From a virus (taxonomy: Duplodnaviria > Caudoviricetes): 43,029 nt of DNA. The stretch spans positions 1 to 43,029 of IMG/VR virus record IMGVR_UViG_3300044795_000055. One strand, 5' to 3'. Positions 8,390-18,487 of this stretch are shown piece after piece. A program made the translations under genes and the position numbers. Under the pieces are notes generated by a model that saw only the letters and a list, made by a program, of their open reading frames with translations, searched no databases and was not told where the DNA came from. Positions within the stretch are counted from its first letter, which is position 1, and each line of letters opens with the position of its first letter.

Positions 8390-10749
8390 TACTGCCAAGT
8401 CCCCGACTGACCGTTGACGATAATCTTGTCGCCTTTCTTGATGCGACCGGCATCGAACGCTGCCTGTGCATCGGCGTTACTTTCAAATATCGCGCCACCA
8501 CCGGGTTTGTATTGCTCGTAGGTGGGAGTTTGCTGTCCCGATTGCTGAATTGCCGCTGCCGTCTGCCCGAGCGCAGTAGACGGGTTATCAGGGTTGAACC
8601 CGCGTTGCGACGCATCTCTCACGATCTTCAGCAGATTCTCGCCGCGCAACACTGCGTCCTGTGCCTCCAAATCGCCCTGCAGCACCGCATTCTGGATTTG
8701 TATCGATGCCACGATCCCTTCATGCAGCGCAGAGTAACCGTGCCAGGCAGGTAGTTCCCTGTCAGCGCGGCGTTGCTGCTCGTCGGTCGACACGCCTTGC
8801 TTGGAAAGTGACTGCTTCAGCTCAGCGCGCGCTTCCTCGAGTATCGTGACATAGCGCTGCAATTCCGGTGAGGTGTAGGTGTTATTGAGCCAACCGGCAC
8901 CGTGTTCCTCGTATCCCGCCATAGCGGCGAGGACCTTCTGCTCAAGCTGCGTGTCACCACCGGGCGTCGCGGCGGCGAACTGCTTGGCAGCGCCATCCAG
9001 TTGCTCGTAGATCCCGCCGGGTTTAATCAAAGGCCAGGTCGACAGGACCGAGTTGGAAATGCGCTTCGCCATGGTGCGAGCCATCCATTGGCGGAAGAGT
9101 ATCGCTTGACTGCCCGATGCCGCTGCTTCAGCGAACTGTTCCGGTTTCCAGTCGGGATGCTCCATGAGGCCACCCTCGATAACCATCGCTAACTTGCGTG
9201 CCGGTACGTTTACGCCCGCCGCCTGCATTGCCCAGGCTATCGGACCAATCCTGGGATCCGCCATGTTTACGCCACCGACAAACTGCTTGGCGGCGTAAGC
9301 CTCCACGATCTTCTGGAACGCGAGAGCATTGTCCGCCATGCCCTTGCTGATCTGCGTGGTGGCATCAAACATCTTGAAGGCAGTTGCGATCTTCGCCTGG
9401 TCTGCGTTCAGCTGGTCCCCCTCAATCCGCATCGTCATCTCCGCTGCCTTGTCGGCAGCGTCGGCGCGGCCTGCGTAAGCTTCCTCGAGCGTCTTGTAGG
9501 TGTCTTGCATGTGCTGCATGTGGTCTTTGAGAGCGTTGTAATGGTTCTGCCATTGATCAACCGCATCATGGAACTGGTTCTCCGCGCCCTCAGAGACTCC
9601 TTTCACGATGCCAGCGGTGGCACCCAGCATGCCGAGAGCGCTGACACGGGTGGCTTTGCCGCCGAGCGCTGCGAGGATCGAGAGCATCGGAGTGAGGTGC
9701 ATGACATTCGCCATAGCCGCCTGCCGGGTGGGCGTGTGATTCGCCCATTGCGTGAGCTTCTCGTCGTCCGAGAGTTCCTGCTTGGCCTGCATGATCTTCA
9801 GGTTAGCTTCCTGGGTGCGCGCATCATTAGCGATACGCATGTTTCTCTGCATGTCAGCCGTAGCACTATTGACGATTGCGAGCTGCTCATTGAGTGCGGC
9901 TGGCACAGCTTTGAAGAGCGTATCGAGCGCTTGCTGATCTACGCCCGCTTTTGTCAGCAGTGCGGCTTTCGCCTGCTCGATTGCATTAGCCCATTGCGCA
10001 TCGAGATTGGTCGCCGCTGGGTGATTGGGGTCACCCACCATCGGTCCACCCTGCCAACCAATCGCTTTCCGCAGTGCCGCGTTGTACGGTGCCCACGGGG
10101 CGAAACCCTCTTTGTTGTACATCAGGGTCGCGACCTGGGTCTGTTGAGCGGGGCTAGCCATCCCAGCACTAGAGACTTGAGCGACGTCGATTCCGGCCTG
10201 CGGCGCATATTTCTTCCAGTTGGTATTGGTGATCTGGTACAGCCCCTGCGCTGTGTGAGTGGAGTCATACATGTAGTTCAGCGCTGTTGGGTCGCCGCTC
10301 GCGTCCTCATAGTGCTGAATGAGCGGTAGCGCTTGCTCTGCAGTCATACGGACAGGACCCATGCCCTGGTCGCCCTGCACCCGATAGGCACCAGGCTGAG
10401 TCTGCGGGGTCTGTACGGAGGGACCGGCAGTCTGAGGCACCGTCTGCTGATCAGGTGTAACGGGAGTCGCTTTTTGAGTTCCCCAAAGGTCGCCGCCTAC
10501 CCCCGGAAGTCCATATCCCGCCTGCTGAGGTTGCTGCGCGGGAGGCTTAGCAAGCGGACCCAGCGGTGGAGCATTCAAATTGGGCTGCATGAAAGTGCCA
10601 GGTGTCTGGAAAGGAGCAGGTTGTGCCGGTGCCATCTGGAACTGCGGTGGCGGCGTCGTCTGTGTCATGGGCACAGCACCACCACCGATATCACCCTGCG
10701 GCGCAGATGGGTCGGCAAAGCTGCTCAGCCAATTGGGGTCAGCGTTCAC
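8389..10749 (-). CDS. Internal virion / ejection protein with Rpf-like lytic transglycosylase domain
   Basis: IQHYE-ASGD...AQGLYQITNTNW...ASPAQQTQVA...EGFAPW resembles the Rpf transglycosylase motif; coiled-coil middle. Confidence 0.72.
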   Translation of the reverse strand: MNADPNWLSSFADPSAPQGDIGGGAVPMTQTTPPPQFQMAPAQPAPFQTPGTFMQPNLNAPPLGPLAKPPAQQPQQAGYGLPGVGGDLWGTQKATPVTPDQQTVPQTAGPSVQTPQTQPGAYRVQGDQGMGPVRMTAEQALPLIQHYEDASGDPTALNYMYDSTHTAQGLYQITNTNWKKYAPQAGIDVAQVSSAGMASPAQQTQVATLMYNKEGFAPWAPYNAALRKAIGWQGGPMVGDPNHPAATNLDAQWANAIEQAKAALLTKAGVDQQALDTLFKAVPAALNEQLAIVNSATADMQRNMRIANDARTQEANLKIMQAKQELSDDEKLTQWANHTPTRQAAMANVMHLTPMLSILAALGGKATRVSALGMLGATAGIVKGVSEGAENQFHDAVDQWQNHYNALKDHMQHMQDTYKTLEEAYAGRADAADKAAEMTMRIEGDQLNADQAKIATAFKMFDATTQISKGMADNALAFQKIVEAYAAKQFVGGVNMADPRIGPIAWAMQAAGVNVPARKLAMVIEGGLMEHPDWKPEQFAEAAASGSQAILFRQWMARTMAKRISNSVLSTWPLIKPGGIYEQLDGAAKQFAAATPGGDTQLEQKVLAAMAGYEEHGAGWLNNTYTSPELQRYVTILEEARAELKQSLSKQGVSTDEQQRRADRELPAWHGYSALHEGIVASIQIQNAVLQGDLEAQDAVLRGENLLKIVRDASQRGFNPDNPSTALGQTAAAIQQSGQQTPTYEQYKPGGGAIFESNADAQAAFDAGRIKKGDKIIVNGQSGTWQ

Positions 10750-11894
10750 GACGGTGGTCCTGTAGTCCCGACAGGCAGATCACCACTCACGCTCGACGTC
10801 ATCCCCGAGAGATCGAGCGGTGCTACTGGTCCCAGCGAGGCAGTGATCTGGTTCTGCACGTCGGGCGAACTCATGTAGTTCTGGATAGCTTGTCCCGACT
10901 GGTTCGCCTGGTTCTGCGCCTGCCAGCCCTGGATCCCTGCCATGATGGTTTGGCCTATCCCCGCCGCACCGGACGCTGTCGCTGCTGTCTTTCCTCCCTG
11001 TCCCGCAACCTGTCCGCCACCGCTCGCGGTGCCGAGCTGCGTCGCGATGCCGCCCAGGATCTGCTGCAAGTACTGCGAGACCTGCTGATCGTTCTGCAGC
11101 TGCGTCTGTACGGCAGTCGTCGTACCACGCAGTCCGAGATTTGACTGATTCAGCGCATTGGTGAGCAGACTGTTATAGGTACTCGTTACTGAACCCAGCG
11201 CACCCTGCGCCATCTGTAGATTCTGAGCTTCCAACTGTTGTCCGAGGATGGCTGCGTTGTTATCGATCTGCTGGTATGCCGCATCTCGTGCGCTCGAGTT
11301 CATGTTGCCCGAGGCCGCGAGCTGCTGATTGACCATGGCGCGCTGCGCCTGGACCTGCGAGGTGATCTGCTGATTCTGCGCGGAGGTCAGATTGCCGGTG
11401 CCGTACTGCTGTGCTGCGCCGAGGAGTTCCTGCGCCGCGCCAGTCTGACCGGCGATAGCCTGACCCATGGGTCCGCCGACCGTACCCTGCCCGGTCAGCT
11501 GACCATAGGTGCCGGTACTCATCGCTTGCGCAGGATTGACGGTCGATTGGATCTGCCCAGCGGCAGCTTTCCCGGCCTGCGTTGCCTGCCCCGCCTGGTA
11601 GAGACCGACACCACCAGCTGCGAGGCCACCGAGCGTACCGGCGAGCGGTGACTGCAGGAAATTGCCAATGCCGGTGCCGAGCGTCGACAGCCAGTTGTTC
11701 GATGGAGTACTTGCAGTCGGCGCGGCAGGCGTGCCGGTCGCCGGGGGCGCTGCGTTATAGCCACCGGCAGATCCACCGGCAGGGGTTGCCGTTCCTCCCG
11801 GTAACGCAGCGGCTTGCATCGATGGATCTGTCGCCACCCCAGGAGATGCCGCCGGAAAGCCGCTGAGATCTGGTGTGGTAGTGCCATCTGCCAT
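10746..11894 (-). CDS. Gln/Gly/Ala-rich ejection (pilot-like) protein
   Basis: Low-complexity Q/A/G helical composition, hydrophobic Gly segment, position after fibre. Confidence 0.55.
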   Translation of the reverse strand: MADGTTTPDLSGFPAASPGVATDPSMQAAALPGGTATPAGGSAGGYNAAPPATGTPAAPTASTPSNNWLSTLGTGIGNFLQSPLAGTLGGLAAGGVGLYQAGQATQAGKAAAGQIQSTVNPAQAMSTGTYGQLTGQGTVGGPMGQAIAGQTGAAQELLGAAQQYGTGNLTSAQNQQITSQVQAQRAMVNQQLAASGNMNSSARDAAYQQIDNNAAILGQQLEAQNLQMAQGALGSVTSTYNSLLTNALNQSNLGLRGTTTAVQTQLQNDQQVSQYLQQILGGIATQLGTASGGGQVAGQGGKTAATASGAAGIGQTIMAGIQGWQAQNQANQSGQAIQNYMSSPDVQNQITASLGPVAPLDLSGMTSSVSGDLPVGTTGPPS

Positions 11895-11897
11895 AAA

Positions 11898-13022
11898 TCA
11901 CCCGATAGGCAGTGCTGCCATGAGTGCCTGGAGCTGCGTGCCGATGTTCGCCGCGCCTGCCTGCGCATTCTTCGATTGCAAGATGTTCCAACCCTGGTAG
12001 GCAGGCGGATTGGTGGTATTCCCCGCGCCCATCACCGTCTTGCTGGTGTACGCACCCGACTGCCACTGTCCGATAAGACCAACCACCGCAGCTTGCATGG
12101 CATTGGCGAAAGGCGTGCCATGGGCTGTCGTCCAAGAGTTGCCAGCCCCAATTGTCAGCGACTGACCGTTCGCTGACTTAGATGCCAAATAGGGAGCGAC
12201 AACCTGCTGATAAAGAGTTTGCGCGGTAGAGAGCGGCGAGACCTTTCCCGACTGCATGGCGGAATTGATCTGACTGAAGATGTCGTTGGTGAAAGCCTGT
12301 TCACCCATGCGCCCGTAGTACTGCTCAAGTGGCGTGGAATGCCCTGGTGAATTGTTCTTCGCGTCGAACACGCCCGCTAACATCGTCATGTTCTGTGCAG
12401 CAGTCAGCGAGCTCGCGATAGTCGGGTCTTTGTTGAATTGCGGTGCGTAGTTCTCCAGTGCCATCGTTTCGGGATCCGCCTTGCCGCCGCCGAAAGCGGA
12501 GGAAATCGCACCGACCGCACCACCGATGACTGCACCGACGAGCGCACCTTCGGGACCGACGACCGCGCCGATGGTGGCACCCGTCTGGGCACCGCGCAAC
12601 GCATCTCCGCCCGTATTGCCCGACTGCCAGTTCTGAGCAAACTGATAGAGCGACACGGCACCTGCGAGCGGACCCGCTACCGCACCGATTGCGCCCGACA
12701 TCCCTCCCAGCGCTCCGGTGCGCGCCGCGAGCGCAGCGGCATTGACTGCCGCGCCCCCGTAACCCGCGACGCCACCTTGCTGGATGCCCTGGATGATGTT
12801 TCCCAGGTTGGCGACGTCGGATGCGAAGCCGCCGACTGCACTCGAGGACGACCCAAACATGCCGAGGTTGCTACCGAGCTTGGCAGCAGATTGCGCGGCC
12901 TGTATGTCACCCTTGAGGCCACCCTGCTGGATGTCCTGGGCGATACCCATGCCCTGCTGGATGTCGGTCAGCCACGCAGTGCCTGCGGTGCCGCCGACGT
13001 TGCCACTGAAGGGGTCAGCCAT
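11898..13022 (-). CDS. Glycine-zipper virion/ejection protein
   Basis: GAQTGATIGAVVGPEGALVGAVIGGAVGAI glycine zipper. Confidence 0.55.
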   Translation of the reverse strand: MADPFSGNVGGTAGTAWLTDIQQGMGIAQDIQQGGLKGDIQAAQSAAKLGSNLGMFGSSSSAVGGFASDVANLGNIIQGIQQGGVAGYGGAAVNAAALAARTGALGGMSGAIGAVAGPLAGAVSLYQFAQNWQSGNTGGDALRGAQTGATIGAVVGPEGALVGAVIGGAVGAISSAFGGGKADPETMALENYAPQFNKDPTIASSLTAAQNMTMLAGVFDAKNNSPGHSTPLEQYYGRMGEQAFTNDIFSQINSAMQSGKVSPLSTAQTLYQQVVAPYLASKSANGQSLTIGAGNSWTTAHGTPFANAMQAAVVGLIGQWQSGAYTSKTVMGAGNTTNPPAYQGWNILQSKNAQAGAANIGTQLQALMAALPIG

Positions 13023-13209
13023 TGGGCTGGATCGGTTCCTTCAGTTCACCGTTGCCCGGTGGCGGCGCGGGCGCGGGTACGTTCTGACCCTCCATCTGCC
13101 GCCGCAACTCCCCGAGCACTTTCGACACTTTGCCGAAAGGACCATCCTGCATACAGGCGACGAGTTCGTTGACCTGATCGAGCGTGAAAGTAAACGTGAA
13201 GGTCTGCAT
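13015..13209 (-). CDS. Small protein, possible tail fibre chaperone
   Basis: RBS AGGAG before ATG at 13209; directly downstream of the fibre gene; 64 aa. Confidence 0.5.
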   Translation of the reverse strand: MQTFTFTFTLDQVNELVACMQDGPFGKVSKVLGELRRQMEGQNVPAPAPPPGNGELKEPIQPNG

Positions 13210-13217
13210 GTGCGCTC

Positions 13218-16109
13218 CTAAAATCCACTGATACCGCCCCAATAAACACCATACAAGACGACTCCGACGATGGTGATTTCTATCAATGTTCTATTGCCCA
13301 TACCCATTGGCACCCCCGGTTTAACACCGTTGAGCCACCCCATTCCACCGCCATCGCTCGACCAGTTCCAGTCATTAACGATGTTTCCGTCCGGTCCTCC
13401 CTGCCAAGCAACGACCTTGAAACTGGAGTAGTCAGCATTGAAAACACCTGTGATGTAGATGGTTGGCATGTACAACCCGTCAGCTTCCGCCATACCGAGG
13501 TCGATGTACCAGAAACTCCCTTGCCTCAGATCAATGGTGTAATTCCCTCCTGAGTACTGTGCAAACCCCTGCGACCTGATAGGTCCATACACTGCTATGC
13601 CAGTGCTATTAGTCTGGAACTGCCCGACGTTAAGGCCGGGAACGAAGTTATTGCTGCCCGTCCACGCTTGATTGCCTGCCAACGTCGGAAGTCCTGTAGG
13701 CGCAGGCAGCGTTGCCGTGCCGAGCAGGCTGAAGTTACCGGCAGAATTCCAACTGAGGCAGTTGGCTGCGCTTGGCCCAATCCAGCCAGCGCTTGGACTC
13801 CTGCTGACACTCAAACCGTAGGGCGCACCGCTAAATGCAAAATTCCAGTTGCCGTTACCATCACCAGTGAACGTACCCGTTGACCTACCGAGCGATACGT
13901 CACCCTGCCCGCCAATCCTGAAAAGCTGACCATAGGGAGCGTTAGCGCTTTCGACCAACAACGCAGCGCGCATCGAATTGTCCCCTGCGACGATATGCAC
14001 TCCGTTGTACACACCGGGGAAGACTGGCGCGCCTACAAATTCCGCCAGCCACTGGAGAGTCTGCGGGTTCTGTGGAGCTTGAACTTTGAAGACGGTGGCT
14101 ACATCCGCACTGAGCAGCACGGGCGGCGTGAGCGAGCCACCACCTCCACCTCCCGGCAGCGTTGCGGTGCCGTTAAGCGTGAAGTTTCCCGCTGCATCCC
14201 ACGACAGATTGTTGGGCGAGGGACCAATAGAACCGCTGCCATCACTGCTGACGGTTTGAAAGACCGGCGTACCGCCACTCTTATTCACCCTGAAATCAGT
14301 GTTGAAAATGTTTGCTCCGATGCTAAAGGTATTCGGTCGAGCGACTCCTGCGACGTCGTTCCAGTCCACGCCAATCACACCCGCGCCGCTGAGGACCGGA
14401 ACGAGAGCCATCGCAGGAGTCCAAAAATTTATCCCGGCTGCCTTCGTGAGACTCGTTATCCCACCACCTGTTACGTTCCCGGTGAACGTCACATCCCCGC
14501 TGAACGTCTGCGGCTGCGTGAAGGTGTTAGCGCGCTGCGTGCCCGCGACCTGAGTCCAGTCGAGCGCAATCGTGCCCATGTCGGTGATCGGGTTGGGCGT
14601 GAGGATCACCCCGGCTGCAGAGGAAGGACCGGCCTGCGAGATCACGACACTAATGACACCCGCTGCCGCTTGGTTTATCCATGCCGTGCCGTTCCAGACG
14701 AGGAGGTTGCCTGCGACCGGGTTGGTCAGGCTGACGTCGGTGAGGTTGGCGAGCGCACCGAGATCGACGTCGCTGGGGGAGCTGTTCACCCATTCAGTCC
14801 CGTTGAACATCAATGCCTGTCCGGTCTGGGCATTGGTGATCTGAACATTGGTCAGGATGTCGAGCGGGAACTGCGCGTCACCTTCAAACGAGAAGTGGAT
14901 GTTGGAATCCCAGATCATCTTGCTCGAGACAGGCATATCGACAAGCCCGCCTTTGCCAAGACCACCGGAACCATCCCCGCGAATGAAGAAAAACGGACCA
15001 TAGCGGGACCACGCAGGTTCGACATTGAACGCACTGTCGTTAGCGTTAGTGCCCGCTGCGATCCACACTCCATTGGAGTTGCCAACGGGCGGCGAAGCTT
15101 GGTCGCTAAAGGAGGCAACGTACTGGGGGGTTGTGCGAGAAGTCGATGCTTCAGGAATACCAACCTCAAGCACGGCACTGCCCGCCGGGAGCGTCGAGGC
15201 AGGCGCGTGGATCCGCACCATGTCCTGCTGCACATTGATGGGCGGGGGCGTGACTGCAGCGCCCTCATTGATGCCCACAAGAAATCCGCTCTCACCGGGA
15301 TTGCAGGAAATGTTGACCGTGGGAGCGGCATTGCCCAGTTTCGGAGCAAAGAAGTAACTGCCCTCAGTCGTCCAGTTCATCCCCTGCTGATGCGGATTTG
15401 GACCCAAGTAACCGTGCCCATCTGCCCACACTTGGAAAAAAGCACCCGCGTCAGTCATCTCAGCCGGGTTGTAGACAAAGAAATCCGCGACAGCCTTAAA
15501 CCCGTGGATCACGGAGCTGCCACCGAAAGTCCAGTTGCCAGCGTTGTCCCACATCAACTGGCTGGGCGGGCAACCGAGCGCTCCCCCGCCATCTGGTTCC
15601 AAGATCAGACTGTTTCCGGTCGGCCACGTCACCATACCAACCTGGCCCGCCGCATTAGCCCAGATCAGATGCTGACCGTTCGCGTCGTTCACGCTGAAAG
15701 GCGCAGTGAAGATCCCGCTGGCATATGGGATCTGCCACGCCTGTCGCTGCGCGTTGTACATGAAGTTGATGAGCGCACCCGCCGCCAGTTGCCCCGCCTG
15801 CATCTCTGAACCATCCGGGTTCAGGATCGGCATCGCGCCGAGTCCGTTGAGGTTCAGCGTGGAGGCGGCGGTATTGGTGTTCGCGATGCGGACGATGACC
15901 TGTAGCCCATCGGTCAGCGAGGCGTACTGCGTATTCGGGGTCTGGACGGTGTAAGCGTTTGTGGTCCCACCGTCAGCGTAAAAGTTGCTGTAGGTCGATA
16001 GCGTGTTAATCGCGATGTTGAGAGCGCTGAAGCTATCATCGAGGTATTTCAGCGGCAGCGGACCTACGTCGTCCGCGAACTGGTGCAGACCGTATACGTT
16101 AGCTGCCAT
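13218..16109 (-). CDS. Tail fibre / receptor-binding protein
   Basis: N-terminal anchor (YLDDSF..L; NTAASTLNLNGLG), LTDV..TNP..GNLLVWNGTAWIN repeats, ANTF..QTF repeats, beta-rich modules. Confidence 0.82.
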   Translation of the reverse strand: MAANVYGLHQFADDVGPLPLKYLDDSFSALNIAINTLSTYSNFYADGGTTNAYTVQTPNTQYASLTDGLQVIVRIANTNTAASTLNLNGLGAMPILNPDGSEMQAGQLAAGALINFMYNAQRQAWQIPYASGIFTAPFSVNDANGQHLIWANAAGQVGMVTWPTGNSLILEPDGGGALGCPPSQLMWDNAGNWTFGGSSVIHGFKAVADFFVYNPAEMTDAGAFFQVWADGHGYLGPNPHQQGMNWTTEGSYFFAPKLGNAAPTVNISCNPGESGFLVGINEGAAVTPPPINVQQDMVRIHAPASTLPAGSAVLEVGIPEASTSRTTPQYVASFSDQASPPVGNSNGVWIAAGTNANDSAFNVEPAWSRYGPFFFIRGDGSGGLGKGGLVDMPVSSKMIWDSNIHFSFEGDAQFPLDILTNVQITNAQTGQALMFNGTEWVNSSPSDVDLGALANLTDVSLTNPVAGNLLVWNGTAWINQAAAGVISVVISQAGPSSAAGVILTPNPITDMGTIALDWTQVAGTQRANTFTQPQTFSGDVTFTGNVTGGGITSLTKAAGINFWTPAMALVPVLSGAGVIGVDWNDVAGVARPNTFSIGANIFNTDFRVNKSGGTPVFQTVSSDGSGSIGPSPNNLSWDAAGNFTLNGTATLPGGGGGGSLTPPVLLSADVATVFKVQAPQNPQTLQWLAEFVGAPVFPGVYNGVHIVAGDNSMRAALLVESANAPYGQLFRIGGQGDVSLGRSTGTFTGDGNGNWNFAFSGAPYGLSVSRSPSAGWIGPSAANCLSWNSAGNFSLLGTATLPAPTGLPTLAGNQAWTGSNNFVPGLNVGQFQTNSTGIAVYGPIRSQGFAQYSGGNYTIDLRQGSFWYIDLGMAEADGLYMPTIYITGVFNADYSSFKVVAWQGGPDGNIVNDWNWSSDGGGMGWLNGVKPGVPMGMGNRTLIEITIVGVVLYGVYWGGISGF

Positions 16110-16431
16110 GTGCCATCACTCCCTCGATAAACTTGTGCAACTGGTCGTGCAGCGCGTGCCAGGTCGAGAGTTCCTCTTCGGTGCGCCACTTGTCGGGCAT
16201 CGCCAGCAAGCGGTTACTCGCGCGCGAGTCCTTCATGGCATGCGCTAGTGCCTCATGCGCTAGCGAGTGGTGCAGCATCCAGTTGCCGGTCACCGGACCC
16301 TTGAGCGGCGAACAGGGAACACTAAAGCGCTTCAGGTAAGCGGTATGGCGCAAGTCGTGCGCCGCGAGCCAGCGCTCGAGCGCAATGCGGTCGTCCACAA
16401 AAAGCGCGCCGAATCGGGTCACGACAGCCAT
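16099..16431 (-). CDS. His/Trp-repeat protein of the tail module
   Basis: Three W-x3-H-x3-H helices: WLAAHDLRH, WMLHHSLAH, WHALHDQLH. Confidence 0.65.
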   Translation of the reverse strand: MAVVTRFGALFVDDRIALERWLAAHDLRHTAYLKRFSVPCSPLKGPVTGNWMLHHSLAHEALAHAMKDSRASNRLLAMPDKWRTEEELSTWHALHDQLHKFIEGVMAHGS

Positions 16432-18215
16432 CGCGGACCCACCTTGTAATCTAAGAAGAAACCGTTCAGCTCAAACTGCGTGCCATGTTGGGTGCGTACC
16501 GTGAAGCCGAGGTGCTTGCTGAAGCCCTCCGGTGCCTTGCCCCAGTAGATCATGTAATTCCGCAAGCTCTGCCACTGCACCTGATTAGCTGCATTGTTCT
16601 TCCACGGGGTGAGCTGCTCCGTAGAGTTCACCCAGTCGAGCGCACCGATATCGCCCAGCGGAATGGGATACGAGTGCGAGAGCGTGTCGAGGTGGACATC
16701 GATTGCGGGATCCGCCTGCGTGATCATCGAGACCCGGATACCGGCGCGGATTGCCTGCTTGTCGGAGAGCGGGTCACCGAAGTCCCACAAGCCCGTCATA
16801 ATCCTGGCGGCTGGCGCGTTCGCGGCCTGGTCGTCCGCAAAGAACTGGTAGAGCTTGTTGTAGATGTAGCCGAAGAGCGCGGGTCCCGAATAGTCGGGCA
16901 TGTTCGCTGAGCAGACGTGCGTGATCGGACCAATGTCGCTAGTCCAGTCCGCAAACCACCACTTGTAGTTGCTGCCGGTCGCATCGCCCTGGTAGAGGAC
17001 GAGGAAGTTACCGGACCCCATGGTCGGGTCGTTCTTGCGCACTACGTTGAACGCTGCGCACAGCAGGTTGTTGCTTTTGACCTGCCCACCGGAGATGTGG
17101 AAGAGGAACGGGGTGTAGGTCTGGAACTGCCACAGCACGGGATTGTGGTTGTTGTTCTGCCAGTCGACCGTGTCGCCGGCGCGATTGATCCAGCCCACGC
17201 TGTCGTTGTAGTGGTTGAAATCGAGGTACTGCCAGGTGCCGTCGATGCCCGAATAGTAAGCGTTATTGGCATCCGTGCTTGCCTGCATCACGGTCGTGCC
17301 AGCGATCATCCAAATGCCATAGCGGTTCGCAAAGAAAACCAAGCTGCCGTAAGCCATGACCGACTCAGGGCTGTCGGTGCCGACGATGCTGGAGATGTTC
17401 TGCCTGGTGTAGGTGCCGGTAGACCCTGTGACAGCACTACCCGCAGTGGTCTGGACCTGCGTGACATTGGCGATGACATCGATTGACTGCTCACCAAACA
17501 CATAGAGGTATCCGTTGAGCGCATACAGGGCTTTGATGTCGCTCTTCAGGTGCGAATCGCGGATGATCTCCCAGCCGCCACCCGACGTCGTGCTAAAGAT
17601 CGTGTAGGCAGGCGGCGTGTCGGTCGAGGATCCGGGGGCTGAGAAGTAGAGCGTGCGCCCGTCCGCAATCCACACCATGTTCTGATAGACAGCGATTGCC
17701 TGACCCTTGGACGGCGCACTGGGCTGACCCGTGGCACCACCAGTATTGGCGTTGCTGGTCGTATTGATCGTCGTGATAGAACTCCCGCCCTGCCACGAAT
17801 AGTAGCCACTGCTCGTGAGGATCAGTGCCGTCGTATTGTCGTACTGCGTGATATCGAGCGAACCATCGGTCGCGAGTCCGCTAGCGATTTGTTGGACCGC
17901 AGTCGCCCAGGCTGTCCCGACTTTGTACGAGAACAGATAACCGTCCAATGTGGCGATGAGCAGGTATTCCTGATTGCCGATGTTGACGTTGAAGTCGGCA
18001 TAGACCCGGTGCGCGCCGAAGTCGAAGATCGGACCCTCAGCTCCGTTGATCGAGTGCAGGTTGGAAAAGCCGATGGGCTGGCAGTTCGTTAAGTCATAGA
18101 AGCAAGCGTCCTGTGGCAGCGACATCCGGTTCGCTACCGTATTCACCGCAGCGAACTGCTTCAGCCAGTAGGTCTGAAGCGGACGCTCGCTCTTGCCTTC
18201 GATCTTCTGCGCCAC
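16419..18215 (-). CDS. Tail nozzle / packaged-DNA stabilisation protein (P22 gp10-like beta-propeller)
   Basis: ~600 aa beta-rich protein with propeller-like motifs (NMVWIADG.TLYFS, LYVFGE.SI), downstream of the adaptor. Confidence 0.7.
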   Translation of the reverse strand: MAQKIEGKSERPLQTYWLKQFAAVNTVANRMSLPQDACFYDLTNCQPIGFSNLHSINGAEGPIFDFGAHRVYADFNVNIGNQEYLLIATLDGYLFSYKVGTAWATAVQQIASGLATDGSLDITQYDNTTALILTSSGYYSWQGGSSITTINTTSNANTGGATGQPSAPSKGQAIAVYQNMVWIADGRTLYFSAPGSSTDTPPAYTIFSTTSGGGWEIIRDSHLKSDIKALYALNGYLYVFGEQSIDVIANVTQVQTTAGSAVTGSTGTYTRQNISSIVGTDSPESVMAYGSLVFFANRYGIWMIAGTTVMQASTDANNAYYSGIDGTWQYLDFNHYNDSVGWINRAGDTVDWQNNNHNPVLWQFQTYTPFLFHISGGQVKSNNLLCAAFNVVRKNDPTMGSGNFLVLYQGDATGSNYKWWFADWTSDIGPITHVCSANMPDYSGPALFGYIYNKLYQFFADDQAANAPAARIMTGLWDFGDPLSDKQAIRAGIRVSMITQADPAIDVHLDTLSHSYPIPLGDIGALDWVNSTEQLTPWKNNAANQVQWQSLRNYMIYWGKAPEGFSKHLGFTVRTQHGTQFELNGFFLDYKVGPRWLS

Positions 18216-18218
18216 GTC

Positions 18219-18485
18219 TTACACCTTGCTGGGGAACATCGGACCCATCGGCGGGGTCTGCGGGCCTGGCGCAGAACGCGCTTTGGATGGTGGCGGCGTC
18301 GGCTGACTGGGTGGTCCTGGCGGGATGGGCATCGTCGGACCCACTGCCGTGTCGGTCGGCACTGGCGGCAGCGGGAAGATGTAGGGCTTCACGAGCGTCG
18401 ACGGTGTCGCGAGCTGCGGCGGCGTCGGCAGCGGCGGGGTCGGATTTGCCGTGCTGTCAGTGATCCAATCAAATTGGGTTGCCAT
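18219..18485 (-). CDS. Proline-rich small virion-module protein
   Basis: RBS GGAGGT; fills the gap between adaptor and nozzle genes. Confidence 0.55.
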   Translation of the reverse strand: MATQFDWITDSTANPTPPLPTPPQLATPSTLVKPYIFPLPPVPTDTAVGPTMPIPPGPPSQPTPPPSKARSAPGPQTPPMGPMFPSKV

Positions 18486-18487
18486 GG

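Noticed and set aside
13995-15809. 604-aa plus-strand ORF and other long antisense ORFs (e.g. 1744-2652, 9505-10329, 23645-24442, 40225-41031)
   Set aside because: Shadows of well-supported genes on the opposite strand in GC-rich DNA; no motifs or RBS.
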